NCBI GenBank assembly: GCA_008369845.1
Contig: MRSU01002257.1
Coordinates: 1 to 41,053 of the forward strand
Direction of reading: 5' to 3'
Length of the DNA stretch: 41,053 nucleotides
Source: Trichomonas gallinae
Taxonomy: Eukaryota
This document shows, piece by piece, positions 31,438-41,053 of this stretch. Both the position numbers and the translations under genes were made by a program. Within the stretch, counting starts at the first letter, position 1, and every line of letters begins with the position of its first letter. The notes beneath the pieces are model-generated. The model saw only the letters and a list, made by a program, of their open reading frames with translations, ran no database searches and was not told the origin of the DNA.

Positions 31438-32130
31438 TTAAATTGGAGCTAAAGTTAAGTCTGGGTTCGATTCTCCACGCTGTATCGATGCACGCATTGG
31501 CTGTAACTTGCATTTTTGAAAATGTCGTTTTTGGATGACTGGTTTCGTTTTCTCTGTAATTAGCTCGATTGGGACGTGATGGGTATCAAATTTAGGAATT
31601 TCGATCAATTTTGAGTTCAAAGCCATGAATTCCAAATTTGCAATTTCATCATCGCATTTTTCGAGTCTATCTGAAACTTTTTTCGAGAAATCGTCGAATT
31701 CGTTGATGAGTTTGTTTAATCGTCGTTCTAAGACGTTTTTAAGCATTCTATTCGATTCATCGAGTTGTTGTCTTGACATGACGTTTAATTTATCGAAAAG
31801 CTTTTCAACATACTCATTCGATGATTTTTCCTCGACCAACTTTGATTCTGCTTTGGTTCCGAGAATAATTTCGATATAACGAAGTACAGTCAAGAAAGCG
31901 GTCTCCAAATCGTCGTTGTCAATACAGTCATGGCATATGAGTTCTGGATCTCTCGAACTTTTCTCTAAAACTTGTAATCTTGCTTGATCACTTTTTTTCA
32001 TGTTGATCAATTCGACTTGATAGCGTTCTATCTGTTCTACAGCGAGCTTGTCTGCTTTTCCCTCGACTTCGATCCTCATACTTGTGATTTTTTCGACTAA
32101 ATGCTGCTGCTCAGGATCAAGTTCAATCAT
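31438..32130 (-). CDS. Hypothetical coiled-coil protein
   Basis: The ORF track starts at TTG 32151; the likely start is ATG 32130, with Inr TCATT at 32138-32142. Confidence 0.75.
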   Translation of the reverse strand: MIELDPEQQHLVEKITSMRIEVEGKADKLAVEQIERYQVELINMKKSDQARLQVLEKSSRDPELICHDCIDNDDLETAFLTVLRYIEIILGTKAESKLVEEKSSNEYVEKLFDKLNVMSRQQLDESNRMLKNVLERRLNKLINEFDDFSKKVSDRLEKCDDEIANLEFMALNSKLIEIPKFDTHHVPIELITEKTKPVIQKRHFQKCKLQPMRASIQRGESNPDLTLAPI

Positions 32131-32940
32131 TCGAAAAAATGAACTTAACAAAAATGTATCAATTTTACTATATTTTGTTTTTATTCACTGATTTTTCGAT
32201 AAAACAACAAATTTTAATCAGCAAAATTCCAACATTTTGGACGTTAAATCATTTTATCTATATACAAAAACCATATTTCATTAAAATTAGAGAATTTTGG
32301 TTGATAAAATGCTAGATTAAAGAGTTTCTTATATATTTCTAAATGTCAAATGTTAGCCAACTTAAATATCTTTTGAATCATATCCATCCAAAGTCTTAAT
32401 TCTAAAGTTTGAAATATTTTCCATTAGAAATATCTGAAATAATCTATGTTTTCAACAAAATTAATATAATATTTCCTGCATTTTGATAAATTTTGAAAGC
32501 TCAAGGCTTAATTCATTTGATGTTACAATATTCATAAAGCAAAAAATCAAATTAAGCAAAATGTTACCATAGTATCACCAAATAAACTCAAGATAAAGCT
32601 ATTTATTCATTCCGAAAGCCGATAACTGCAAAAAATCAAATTTCAGATTAAGTTTAATTAAAACTGCAGCAACATCACAGATATGTGATATCTGCATCCT
32701 ATTCCTACTGCGCACCAATTTAAATTTCCGCGAATTGTTCAACATTTCCCACCTATCGCTCTTTTCCCTTTTATTCTTTGTAATTTAGTATAAAATAAGA
32801 CATAGATTATAGATATGAAATAAATTTGTTATTCTTAATATTTGTCACTTTTTATTTGGAAAACTGAAAAAATAAACTAGAGAATGAAATTAGATGGAAA
32901 ATAATGGTTTTAAAATTAAATAGTTTACCTATCGTTAACG

Positions 32941-34521
32941 ATGATAAAAAAATTGACGTCGACAATGAATCAGAGCTTAATACCAAAGGAGAATGCTCCT
33001 TTGGTATTCGTGAACCAGGACAACGATATATCCGCGTTCACAGATGACACTACGCAAGTCACTAAGGTAGAGAAGAAGGCTAAGAAGGAGACATTATCTT
33101 TCTTGCCGATTGCAGCAGCAATCATCTTTGGAGTAGTATATATGATACCGTTCTGGAGGACTGACCCCATTTCACATAGCTGTTTCGCACTTTTGTGCGC
33201 AATTGCATTTTTGTGGTCAACAGAAGGCATTCCTGCATACGCAGCTGCCTACATTGTCCCTCTCGTTGGTGTCTGGCTCGGACTCGGCTACGACAAGGCA
33301 AAAGGAAAGAGAATTCCAGCTGCTACTCTCGCATCTACTTTCGCGTGGAGATTTATGGACCCAATCATTTTCGTTTTCCTCGGTTCGATGACAATGAGTG
33401 AGTGCTTGTCTAAGCTCAACATTACTGACCGCGTTTCTCGCATTGTCTTCAAGAGACTCTCGAAACAACCGAAATTCATCCTTTTGACACTTATGCTCTT
33501 GAATTGGGTCATCGCCGCTTTCCTGTCAAACGTAGCTTCGACAACTCTCGTTCTTACATTCAGTATGCCAATTATTCGCTCGCTTGATCCAGACGATCCG
33601 TTTATCAAAGCAATTCTCTTCGGAATCGCATGGTCAGGTAATGCTGGTGGCATGCCAACAACAATTGCCTCTCCACAAAACATTCTCGCTGTTAAATACG
33701 TAAAAGATTCATCACCAACCACAATTTCGTTCGTTCAGTGGATGTACTTCGGTATTCCATGCTCACTCGTCCTCTTGATCCTCGAGTGGATCTATTTACT
33801 CTTCGTTTTCAAGCCACAAAGATCTCAAATCTACGTAGGCGAAACTGCTGCAGAATACGAGAAGTGGGGCGTCAAACACACATTCGCGTCAATCATTACA
33901 GTCATGACAATCACTCTTTGGACGTTAAACGAGACATTTCCAAAAGTTCTCGGAAATGTCGGCATCACGTCAATGATTCCAGTTGTTACGTTCTTCGGAA
34001 GTGGAATGCTCACAGTTCAGGACTTCCACACGATCAGATGGTCAACTCTCGCATTAATGGGCGGTGGCCTCGCTTTAGGCGAAGCCATGAAGATCTCCGG
34101 CCTCTTAGATCTTGTAGCCAAAGTATCCGAGTCAATCCTCGGCGGAATTTCACTTTGGCCGCTATTATTAATTTTCTTAATTATTGAAGCTCTTTTAGCT
34201 TCCTTGATCAACTCTACGTCGGCAGCTGCCATTCTCTACCCTGTTATCGCCGTCATGGGCGCTCCAACAAATCACCCGAACCTGCTCGTCGCACTTTCAG
34301 CTCTGATGGTTTCAGGAGCTCAGCTCTTCCACATATCTTCATTCCCCAACGCGCTGATGTCCGGCGTATGCAGGCATAAGCCAGGAAACGGCGAAGAAGT
34401 CACTCAGATAACTTTCCTCCAGGGCTCCGAATACTTTAAGTACGGATGGCCAACAGTTGTGGCAGGAATAGCAATAGTCTCGTCAGTTGGTTTCTTCATC
34501 ACGAAGCTGTTAAAGTTATAA
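32941..34521 (+). CDS. SLC13/DASS (sodium:sulfate symporter) family transporter, Pho87/90/91-like
   Basis: Many TM helices; LWSTEGIP, FLSNVAS, GGMPTTIASPQN, LMGGGLALG and SSFPN motifs. The true start may be ATG 32965. Confidence 0.9.
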   Translation: MIKKLTSTMNQSLIPKENAPLVFVNQDNDISAFTDDTTQVTKVEKKAKKETLSFLPIAAAIIFGVVYMIPFWRTDPISHSCFALLCAIAFLWSTEGIPAYAAAYIVPLVGVWLGLGYDKAKGKRIPAATLASTFAWRFMDPIIFVFLGSMTMSECLSKLNITDRVSRIVFKRLSKQPKFILLTLMLLNWVIAAFLSNVASTTLVLTFSMPIIRSLDPDDPFIKAILFGIAWSGNAGGMPTTIASPQNILAVKYVKDSSPTTISFVQWMYFGIPCSLVLLILEWIYLLFVFKPQRSQIYVGETAAEYEKWGVKHTFASIITVMTITLWTLNETFPKVLGNVGITSMIPVVTFFGSGMLTVQDFHTIRWSTLALMGGGLALGEAMKISGLLDLVAKVSESILGGISLWPLLLIFLIIEALLASLINSTSAAAILYPVIAVMGAPTNHPNLLVALSALMVSGAQLFHISSFPNALMSGVCRHKPGNGEEVTQITFLQGSEYFKYGWPTVVAGIAIVSSVGFFITKLLKL

Positions 34522-34945
34522 TCTTATATAGTTGAATTAGATAAAATACTTATATTAATTCTTCTCTCTTTTAACAACAAAACTATTATTTTTACTTACT
34601 TTTAGCTTTATTCATTAAAATATTTTTTTGAAATTTTGAATTTTTCAAATTACTCATTATGAATATTATTTTTATGGCATATACATATATAAAAACAATA
34701 TATGAAATGTTAAAGTTGCTTTATCGCTTTATATTTTGTTGTATTTTATTTTTTCATGAATTATCAATTTTAAGTTTGGAAATTTATTTATTTCAGCCAA
34801 CATATTAAGATTTTAATGTAGAAACTGGCTATTAGCATAAAATATTTTTGAGATTTCGAAATTTTGATAATAATGTTGCTGTTATAGAAAATATAGATAT
34901 ATTGAGAGTATCTATTTCATATATAAACACACAATTTAGCTAATA

Positions 34946-35839
34946 TCAATTATTATCAGTTTCTAACCATTTTCGAATCCATGGGTGAGATCCAACATCA
35001 CTCAGTGAGATTCTTTGCTTGGGATCGTTCTGAAGTAATTTCATGATAAGATCCTGGGCCAATTCTGGCACATCATCGTTGAATTTAATATCAACGTTTT
35101 TAATGCGTTCTATTGTTTTATCTCTTTCGGCTTCTTCAAATGGGGCATTGCCTGTGAGAAATTCATACAATAAAACGCCAATTCCCCAAATATCAACAGC
35201 ATAGCTGTGGTTTTCGCCTTTCAGCATTTCTGGAGGGAGATAATCTAAAGTTCCGCATAAAGTTGCCCTTCTTGTCGAGTTTGAAACAGACGCTGACCAT
35301 CCGAAGTCAGAGATCTTCAGTTTTCCGTCTGATCCAAACAAAATATTTTCTGGCTTAATATCGCGATGAATGACACCTTTAGAATGGCAGTACTGTATCG
35401 CACTGACAATCTGCATTATATAACAAGCCGATGTCTTTTCATCAAATTTATCATTTTCTCTAAGATACCTAAAGAGCTCACCGTTCGGTGCATACTCCAT
35501 AACTAGGTATATTTTTGTCTTGTCGTAAAAAAACCCGTAGAGACGCAGAATGTTAGGATGTCTGAGGTGAGATTGAATTTCTATTTCTCTTCTGACTTGG
35601 TGTTCGATCTCCGCTTTAGCCAAGTGTGACTTATACATCACTTTTATCGCTACCACGAAGTGTGTTTTCTTCTCACGGGCAAGATAAACCCTTCCAAATT
35701 TTCCTGTCCCCAAAGGTCGCCCGATCTCGAAATCATTGATCGACCAATCGGTCTTCTGTCCTTTGGGTGTCATAACACCCATTTTCTGGCCAGAGACAAT
35801 GTTGGGCGCCGTGTTTTCTCGTCCCAACAAAGTCCACAT
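34946..35839 (-). CDS. AURK: Aurora family Ser/Thr kinase
   Basis: DFEIGRPLGTGKFGRVYLARE, QVRREIEIQSHLRHPNILRLYG, HRDIKPEN, DFGWS, RRATLCGTLDYLPPE and C-terminal RISL…HPW. Confidence 0.96.
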   Translation of the reverse strand: MWTLLGRENTAPNIVSGQKMGVMTPKGQKTDWSINDFEIGRPLGTGKFGRVYLAREKKTHFVVAIKVMYKSHLAKAEIEHQVRREIEIQSHLRHPNILRLYGFFYDKTKIYLVMEYAPNGELFRYLRENDKFDEKTSACYIMQIVSAIQYCHSKGVIHRDIKPENILFGSDGKLKISDFGWSASVSNSTRRATLCGTLDYLPPEMLKGENHSYAVDIWGIGVLLYEFLTGNAPFEEAERDKTIERIKNVDIKFNDDVPELAQDLIMKLLQNDPKQRISLSDVGSHPWIRKWLETDNN

Positions 35840-35855
35840 TTATATAATTTTTGGT

Positions 35856-35878
35856 AAACGGCCATTTTTTAAACGGGA
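35856..35878 (-). promoter_or_regulatory. M3-like/Myb-type elements (CCGTTT x2) upstream of Aurora
   Basis: Minus strand GGCCGTTT (35863-35856, matches DRCSGYTD) and TCCCGTTT (35878-35871). Confidence 0.6.
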
Positions 35879-36006
35879 TAATATAATTTTCTTGCTGTTT
35901 TTATTTATTACTACACATATGTGATTGGTTTGTGCTTTTAGAATCGTCCGAAAAATATAAAACTGAATGACAGTTTACATGACAAAAATCTATTTCTAAA
36001 CGTGCA

Positions 36007-36290
36007 TATCCCCTCATTTATTTTGCACCCCCTGTTTTAGAATACTGTCCCCTTATATATTTTTTACAACCCTATTTTAGAATATTCCTTTTTTTTTTCT
36101 AGAGATTGCGCTCAAGTTGTAGGTACGGGAAAATTTGTAGACACACGATTTACCGTAGGCGACAGCTTGGAATTAAACTATATTCAAAAGATTTGCACTT
36201 GAAACGTATTTTAAAAGCCCAGTCTACATCTTTTAGCACAAGCTCTAACTATATTAGAATATTATCCCCTCATTTATTTTTATAACAATG
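36007..36290. repeat. Degenerate ~40-bp repeat (3 copies) interrupted by a ~170-bp segment
   Basis: TATCCCCTCATTTATTTT at 36007 and 36263; variant TGTCCCCTTATATATTTT at 36046. TTAGAATA recurs with the units. Confidence 0.7.
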
Positions 36291-36607
36291 ATTTTATTTG
36301 ATTTTCATATTGCAAGAGTTTGATAACTACATGATTACCAGGACATGAAGCTTCAATGAAAGCTGATTTGTTAAAAGCTTGTTTTAAATATTATCCGATA
36401 AATACTTTTTTGTAGGTGTGTAACTCACAGTTATAAACACGATGGATTTAATCTTATGTCTTGATATTCAAGATATAAAAACTTCGCTCGTTGAAAATTA
36501 GTTCATGAAAAAATTCCAAATATTTTTCTGTTTCACTGGAGTGTTGAGCTTGTTAGAGTGAAAAAATGCAAAATAAGTACATATTATATTTTATTTAATA
36601 TATTGAT

Positions 36608-37006
36608 TTATGCTTCATCGTCATCTGAATAATCCGCAATTGTTTGAACGGATTCTTTATGTCTAGACTGTAACAATTGACGAGCAAACTCGAAATGGAA
36701 GTTCTTTGATACGAATGGGCATTCTTTGAGCTTTTCGAATGTTTTTTCTTTCTTTTCGATGAGAATTTCACTGAGACGGTCGCCAATAAACTGAGAAATT
36801 TCATCGAAACCTTCAGCCTCGAGGATTCTTCTGTAGTTATTTGTCTGAACGTCGCCTGATTTTAATTCATTATTTAATTTAGTCGAGAAATGTAATGCAA
36901 ATCCGTAAGCAAGCTTTGCCATGAGGGCTGCAGATTCATCATTTAGCTTTTTCTCCTCCTTAAGGTAATGAGTCAAAGCCGTAATCAATCTGGCTTCGTC
37001 CTCCAT
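36608..37006 (-). CDS. Small hypothetical protein, possible histone fold (NF-YB/NC2/CHRAC-like)
   Basis: 132-aa ORF with helix-loop-long helix-loop-helix pattern (LNDESAALMAKLAYGFALHFS…YRRILEAEGF). The fold is a weak inference. Confidence 0.65.
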   Translation of the reverse strand: MEDEARLITALTHYLKEEKKLNDESAALMAKLAYGFALHFSTKLNNELKSGDVQTNNYRRILEAEGFDEISQFIGDRLSEILIEKKEKTFEKLKECPFVSKNFHFEFARQLLQSRHKESVQTIADYSDDDEA

Positions 37007-37774
37007 TTTTTTTTCTAAACGTAAAGTTTGGATTCCATATCTACATGCTTATTTGGGAATAACAAATCGAAATATTCTATTTGTATCACGAAAAAATCGT
37101 TTTTACTTTGTGATTTTTCATTATATAATGAATATAGGCTAATCTTTGTATATTCAGTCAGAATAAATCTGGAGTATAGTTTTGAATTTAAAATATCATT
37201 ATTTCTTCAAATCTCAAAATATTTTCAATAAAATATAGGATTTTACAAAGCATCACATTTCACATATACACAGCTACATATAAGTAATATAGTCACAAAG
37301 TATATAAGTTAATTCATCTGTATATATAAGGAATTCTTGAGGTATTTTAATGAATTCGCATGCAATCACATTCATCACATTGTAATTTCGATATAGAGAT
37401 TGAGCTCATACCATTCAGAATATGATGTTCCATGCTCTAAGAACCATTTAATAATATTAGCATTATTTTTTGCATGCATGCTATTGGTGAATATCCTGAT
37501 ATTTTCTAATTGTTCGAATCTCATTCCTATTGCGTAGAACAGGCCAAGTATGCGTATGACATAAGTAGGATTTTCCTGTTTTATAATTATGAGTAATTAA
37601 AAGCTAAACCCGAATATTTTATGTGGAATTCTCTTATAAGTGATTCCTATAATATGTATTTTTGAGTTTATTTAACTCATAATATCTAAATCGATAAAAC
37701 CAAGATTTTTTTTGAAATCATCTAAGAAGTTTGATATAAAATACACTAATATATGACAATACAATCATTTACAA

Positions 37775-39127
37775 ATGATGGATGACAACCCAATTGTATC
37801 CACTATTTCTTTATGTTTAGAAAAGCTCAGAAAAATGGAATTTAAAGATGAAAAAAGCATAAGTCATGCTGCTGAATTATTCAAAATGATCAGAAGAGTC
37901 CCCAAAAGAAATTTACATCTGGAATTTCCCCAAGATATCTTTTCACAGTCAGATTTTGAATTGCTTATAAGGATATGTTTGGATAAGACACTTGTTAACA
38001 CAGTTTTGCACAAATATCTTTACAAAGTTATTTTGGAAGTCTTATTGGAAGATAAAAGATACAAAAGGGATCAAATTACAGCACAGTTGATGCTACACTA
38101 TGATGAATTTTGCAATCTTTTTGACGAAATACAATTAGATGGCCAGTATAACACAAAATGTTGGATTTTTTCAATTATGGGAAGCTTAATGCATACTGGC
38201 ACTCAAGAATATTCTATGATATATCCTAAATTTAACATTGAAGTAGCTAACAGTTTATTTTATGGAAATCAATATTATTGTTATTATTTATTTGATTTAG
38301 TTAGAAATCCAGAGATAAATTATGAGCATATAGGAGATATAGTTCAACAAGTAATCATTAATTCCGCTGCAATCCTTGCAAATATTGATCCAACGAGGAA
38401 AGAATCTTATAAAATCAAAGTTGAAATGAAAAGAGCAAGCTTTTGTATTCAAGCACTCTCATGTTGCACAAGATACCCAGACATTTTCATCTCAACTGTT
38501 GCAGATCATGATTTTTCGAAAGAGTTGGAAAAACTCATTGAACATGATAGTATTTATGGCAATATTATCGATTTACTGAGAGAAATGCTGAATGTATATA
38601 CAGAACTACCATTTTCAGTTCCAATTTTTGGTATTTTCCTTGGAATTTCATATATAGCCGAACAAAACTATCATCTATCGAAATATATAAATATAGCCGA
38701 AAATTCTATAAGATTGGCATCATTATTAGTCGAAAGGAACCAGTTTGTTGATGATATTGCACAACAATGCTATGAATTGAATATGAACATGCTGATAAAT
38801 GATATTACAGAAATAGGAATGCAATATGCATATCTCCAGCTGCTACTCAATATTGCAAAAATTAATATTTCATATCAAATTGTTTCTGATGATATATCAT
38901 TGCAAATGGCCAAAGCATTCATTGCTGATGATGAGCCACTCATTGCACTCGAATTTATCATGATAAGACTTCAAAATGCTTTATCAAACGGAAATACTCA
39001 TGAAATAATGTATGTTCTTGATGAAAATGATATAGAAATGATAGGAGAACTTCAATCAAACGGTGACGAACGAGTTTCTGCTGCAGCCAAAGCTTTATCT
39101 GATATGATTTCTCAAATAAGCCATTAA
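37775..39127 (+). CDS. Hypothetical alpha-helical (ARM/HEAT-like) protein
   Basis: 450-aa ORF with Inr TCATT and stop in TAAA. C-terminus LQSNGDERVSAAAKAL resembles an ARM-repeat end. Confidence 0.75.
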   Translation: MMDDNPIVSTISLCLEKLRKMEFKDEKSISHAAELFKMIRRVPKRNLHLEFPQDIFSQSDFELLIRICLDKTLVNTVLHKYLYKVILEVLLEDKRYKRDQITAQLMLHYDEFCNLFDEIQLDGQYNTKCWIFSIMGSLMHTGTQEYSMIYPKFNIEVANSLFYGNQYYCYYLFDLVRNPEINYEHIGDIVQQVIINSAAILANIDPTRKESYKIKVEMKRASFCIQALSCCTRYPDIFISTVADHDFSKELEKLIEHDSIYGNIIDLLREMLNVYTELPFSVPIFGIFLGISYIAEQNYHLSKYINIAENSIRLASLLVERNQFVDDIAQQCYELNMNMLINDITEIGMQYAYLQLLLNIAKINISYQIVSDDISLQMAKAFIADDEPLIALEFIMIRLQNALSNGNTHEIMYVLDENDIEMIGELQSNGDERVSAAAKALSDMISQISH

Positions 39128-39673
39128 ACCATCTTGTTTGTATAACTATATAAAACTCAAACTAATCTCAAAGATATCAAACATCAAAATCAAGTTTTCA
39201 ATTTTCTTGAATATTCGAATCCAGTTCACAATTGTAGTGTTATTTTTACATCAACAAATTCTTTGTGCACGATACTTGATGAATTCTTTTGTTGATCTTT
39301 CAAGTATTTTCGTATATATTAAAACACAATAATTTGTATTTGCTTGAGAAATAACCATGTAACCTTCTTATTTGAATGTTTATTAAATTTGATTAATTAA
39401 AACTCGAAACTTGGAGTGATGATATATTGTAATACAATTAACTCTATCATATATTGAAACTCAACTTGTTTAATTCATTATTTATTGAAGATAACATGAT
39501 TTTTAATATTTGAATTCCGTAAAAGACATGAAAACAAGTTTTAATTTAAATCATATATGATTTCGATTGTTTCTGACTTTGCTATTTGCGAGTTTTTTTT
39601 TGAGTAAATGAGTGTTTGCACATTCCATTGTTATATTATCATTCGTAATACTAAATAATTGAAATATTATAGC

Positions 39674-40765
39674 TTATTCTTCTGGTACTAGTGGAACTCC
39701 ATTAGACTCTGCGATCATTAGCGGTGTTTTCCCGATATTATTCTTTTGATTCTTATTTGCTCCGCATTCGATCAATGCCTTGGCTGCCGCCTGTTGTTTA
39801 TTCTTGGCTGCAACATGTAGAGGTGAGTCACCAATATTATTCTCCCAGTTAGGGTCAGCGCCTTGTTCTACCATGTATTTTATCAAATCGACGTTTCCGT
39901 TTTTAGCAGCAACATGTAAAGCTGTTTCACAGTCTGAGTTTTCGAAGTTTATGTCAATTCCTTTGTCAATGAAAGCAGAGAACACGTCAACATTTCCTCC
40001 TGCAGCAGCAGCGAAATAAATCTGCTTGCAGTCTTCGCCTTCTTCGATCATTTTGTTTATCACCCATTTCGCAGACTCAAAGTCGCCTTTTTTCATCGTC
40101 AGCTCGAAAGCTGTCCTTCCGTATATATCCTTCTTCCTGAAATCAGCGCCTCTCTCTATAAGCAGCTGCATAACTTCGGCATTCTTGCACGCGAAGTGAA
40201 GTGGAGTCAAATTTTCAGTAGTTAAAGCATTGATGTCGCATTCTTGATCAATTAAGAACTGTATTGTCTCGATGTCGCCGCTTTCGCAGGCCAAGTGAAG
40301 AGGGGTTATTCCTGACTGTGCTTTGAGTTCTATGGCGTTGTCTTTGATGTTCTTGTAGTCGTCCATCCAAAGTTTTACAACGATTGAGTATCTTCCGTAT
40401 TTTGCTGCGTAATGTATGACAGACAACGACTTTTTGTCTCTCTGAAATTTATCTATATCCAAGTCTGATACTATTGAGAATATGTCATCGTTTCCTCCTG
40501 CAGCAGCAAAATGAAGAAGATTTCGATTAAAATTATCAAGGAATTTCGTCTCTGCTCCGTTTGAAATTAAGGTTCTGAAGCATTGATCAGCACCATAGAA
40601 TGCTGCATAAGCAATTAATGGAATATTATTTCTTAAAATATCATCTTCATCGGCAGGAATCTCATATGCTTTAATTATTTGATCAATTTTCCCATCTTCA
40701 CTCATATAGTTGTACAATGCTTGTTCGTCATCGTTTCTAAGACCTTCCAAAATATAAGGAATCAT
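39674..40765 (-). CDS. Ankyrin-repeat protein
   Basis: About 9 repeats (GITPLHLAC, TPLHFAC, ETALHVAA, GDSPLHVAA, GKTPLMIA). Confidence 0.92.
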   Translation of the reverse strand: MIPYILEGLRNDDEQALYNYMSEDGKIDQIIKAYEIPADEDDILRNNIPLIAYAAFYGADQCFRTLISNGAETKFLDNFNRNLLHFAAAGGNDDIFSIVSDLDIDKFQRDKKSLSVIHYAAKYGRYSIVVKLWMDDYKNIKDNAIELKAQSGITPLHLACESGDIETIQFLIDQECDINALTTENLTPLHFACKNAEVMQLLIERGADFRKKDIYGRTAFELTMKKGDFESAKWVINKMIEEGEDCKQIYFAAAAGGNVDVFSAFIDKGIDINFENSDCETALHVAAKNGNVDLIKYMVEQGADPNWENNIGDSPLHVAAKNKQQAAAKALIECGANKNQKNNIGKTPLMIAESNGVPLVPEE

Positions 40766-40852
40766 TTAAAAAATATGACAAAATATTCCATGTAAACCAT
40801 TATTTTGTCACGTAATGTCAATTTTACATGACAAATTTTAATTAAAATAAGG

Positions 40853-41053
40853 TTAAACTATATAATTAAATGGCAATAAGGTTAATTGATTAATGTCATT
40901 TTTCCCAAAACTTGATACTGACACATTTAAATTAATTTCCTCAGGAGTTCTTCTTCTCATGGGAGTAGTATCCTCAGTGCTTCCGTTTTTCATCGGCAGC
41001 ATCAAGTTCATGTCTATACTCGATTCATTCTCAGGAGGCGTTTTCATTGGATG
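40853..41053 (-). CDS. 3' end of a gene entering from the right edge
   Basis: The frame is open from the window end to TAA at 40853 and has coding-like composition. Confidence 0.6.
   Translation of the reverse strand, partial: HPMKTPPENESSIDMNLMLPMKNGSTEDTTPMRRRTPEEINLNVSVSSFGKNDINQLTLLPFNYIV

Noticed and set aside
34923..34934. ATAAACACACAA resembling the intron 3' motif
   Set aside because: Lacks the CTAAC branch point and terminal AG, and lies in a 3' intergenic region.

Overview
Eukaryotic, AT-rich, gene-dense DNA that reads as a parabasalid (Trichomonas-like) chromosome segment. This is inferred from almost intronless genes, short UTRs, TCAYT initiators next to the ATG, several stop codons embedded in TAAA, ankyrin-family expansions and one diagnostic ACTAACACACAG intron. 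About 22 intact genes are present: a CAP-like surface protein, histidine acid phosphatase, HMG-box protein, SCP/Psr-type phosphatase, rhomboid, degenerate CHD/SNF2-FYR protein, three ankyrin proteins, a GRIPAP1-like coiled coil, Exo70, a prokaryote-type adenosine-specific-kinase family protein, an SLC13/Pho87-type transporter, Aurora kinase and several hypotheticals. There is a partial gene at each edge. The ORF track misses: (1) a 77-nt spliceosomal intron with an internal hairpin that fuses two ORFs into one 323-aa phosphatase; (2) a multiply deleted Dbr1-like pseudogene facing an Hsp70/BiP fragment; (3) a recurrent upstream motif TGHCAYGTAAA at six or more promoters; (4) degenerate 112-bp, 69-bp and ~40-bp tandem repeats in promoter regions. 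No rRNA, tRNA, CRISPR or recognisable transposon was seen. All family calls are by-eye motif recognition, not database searches.
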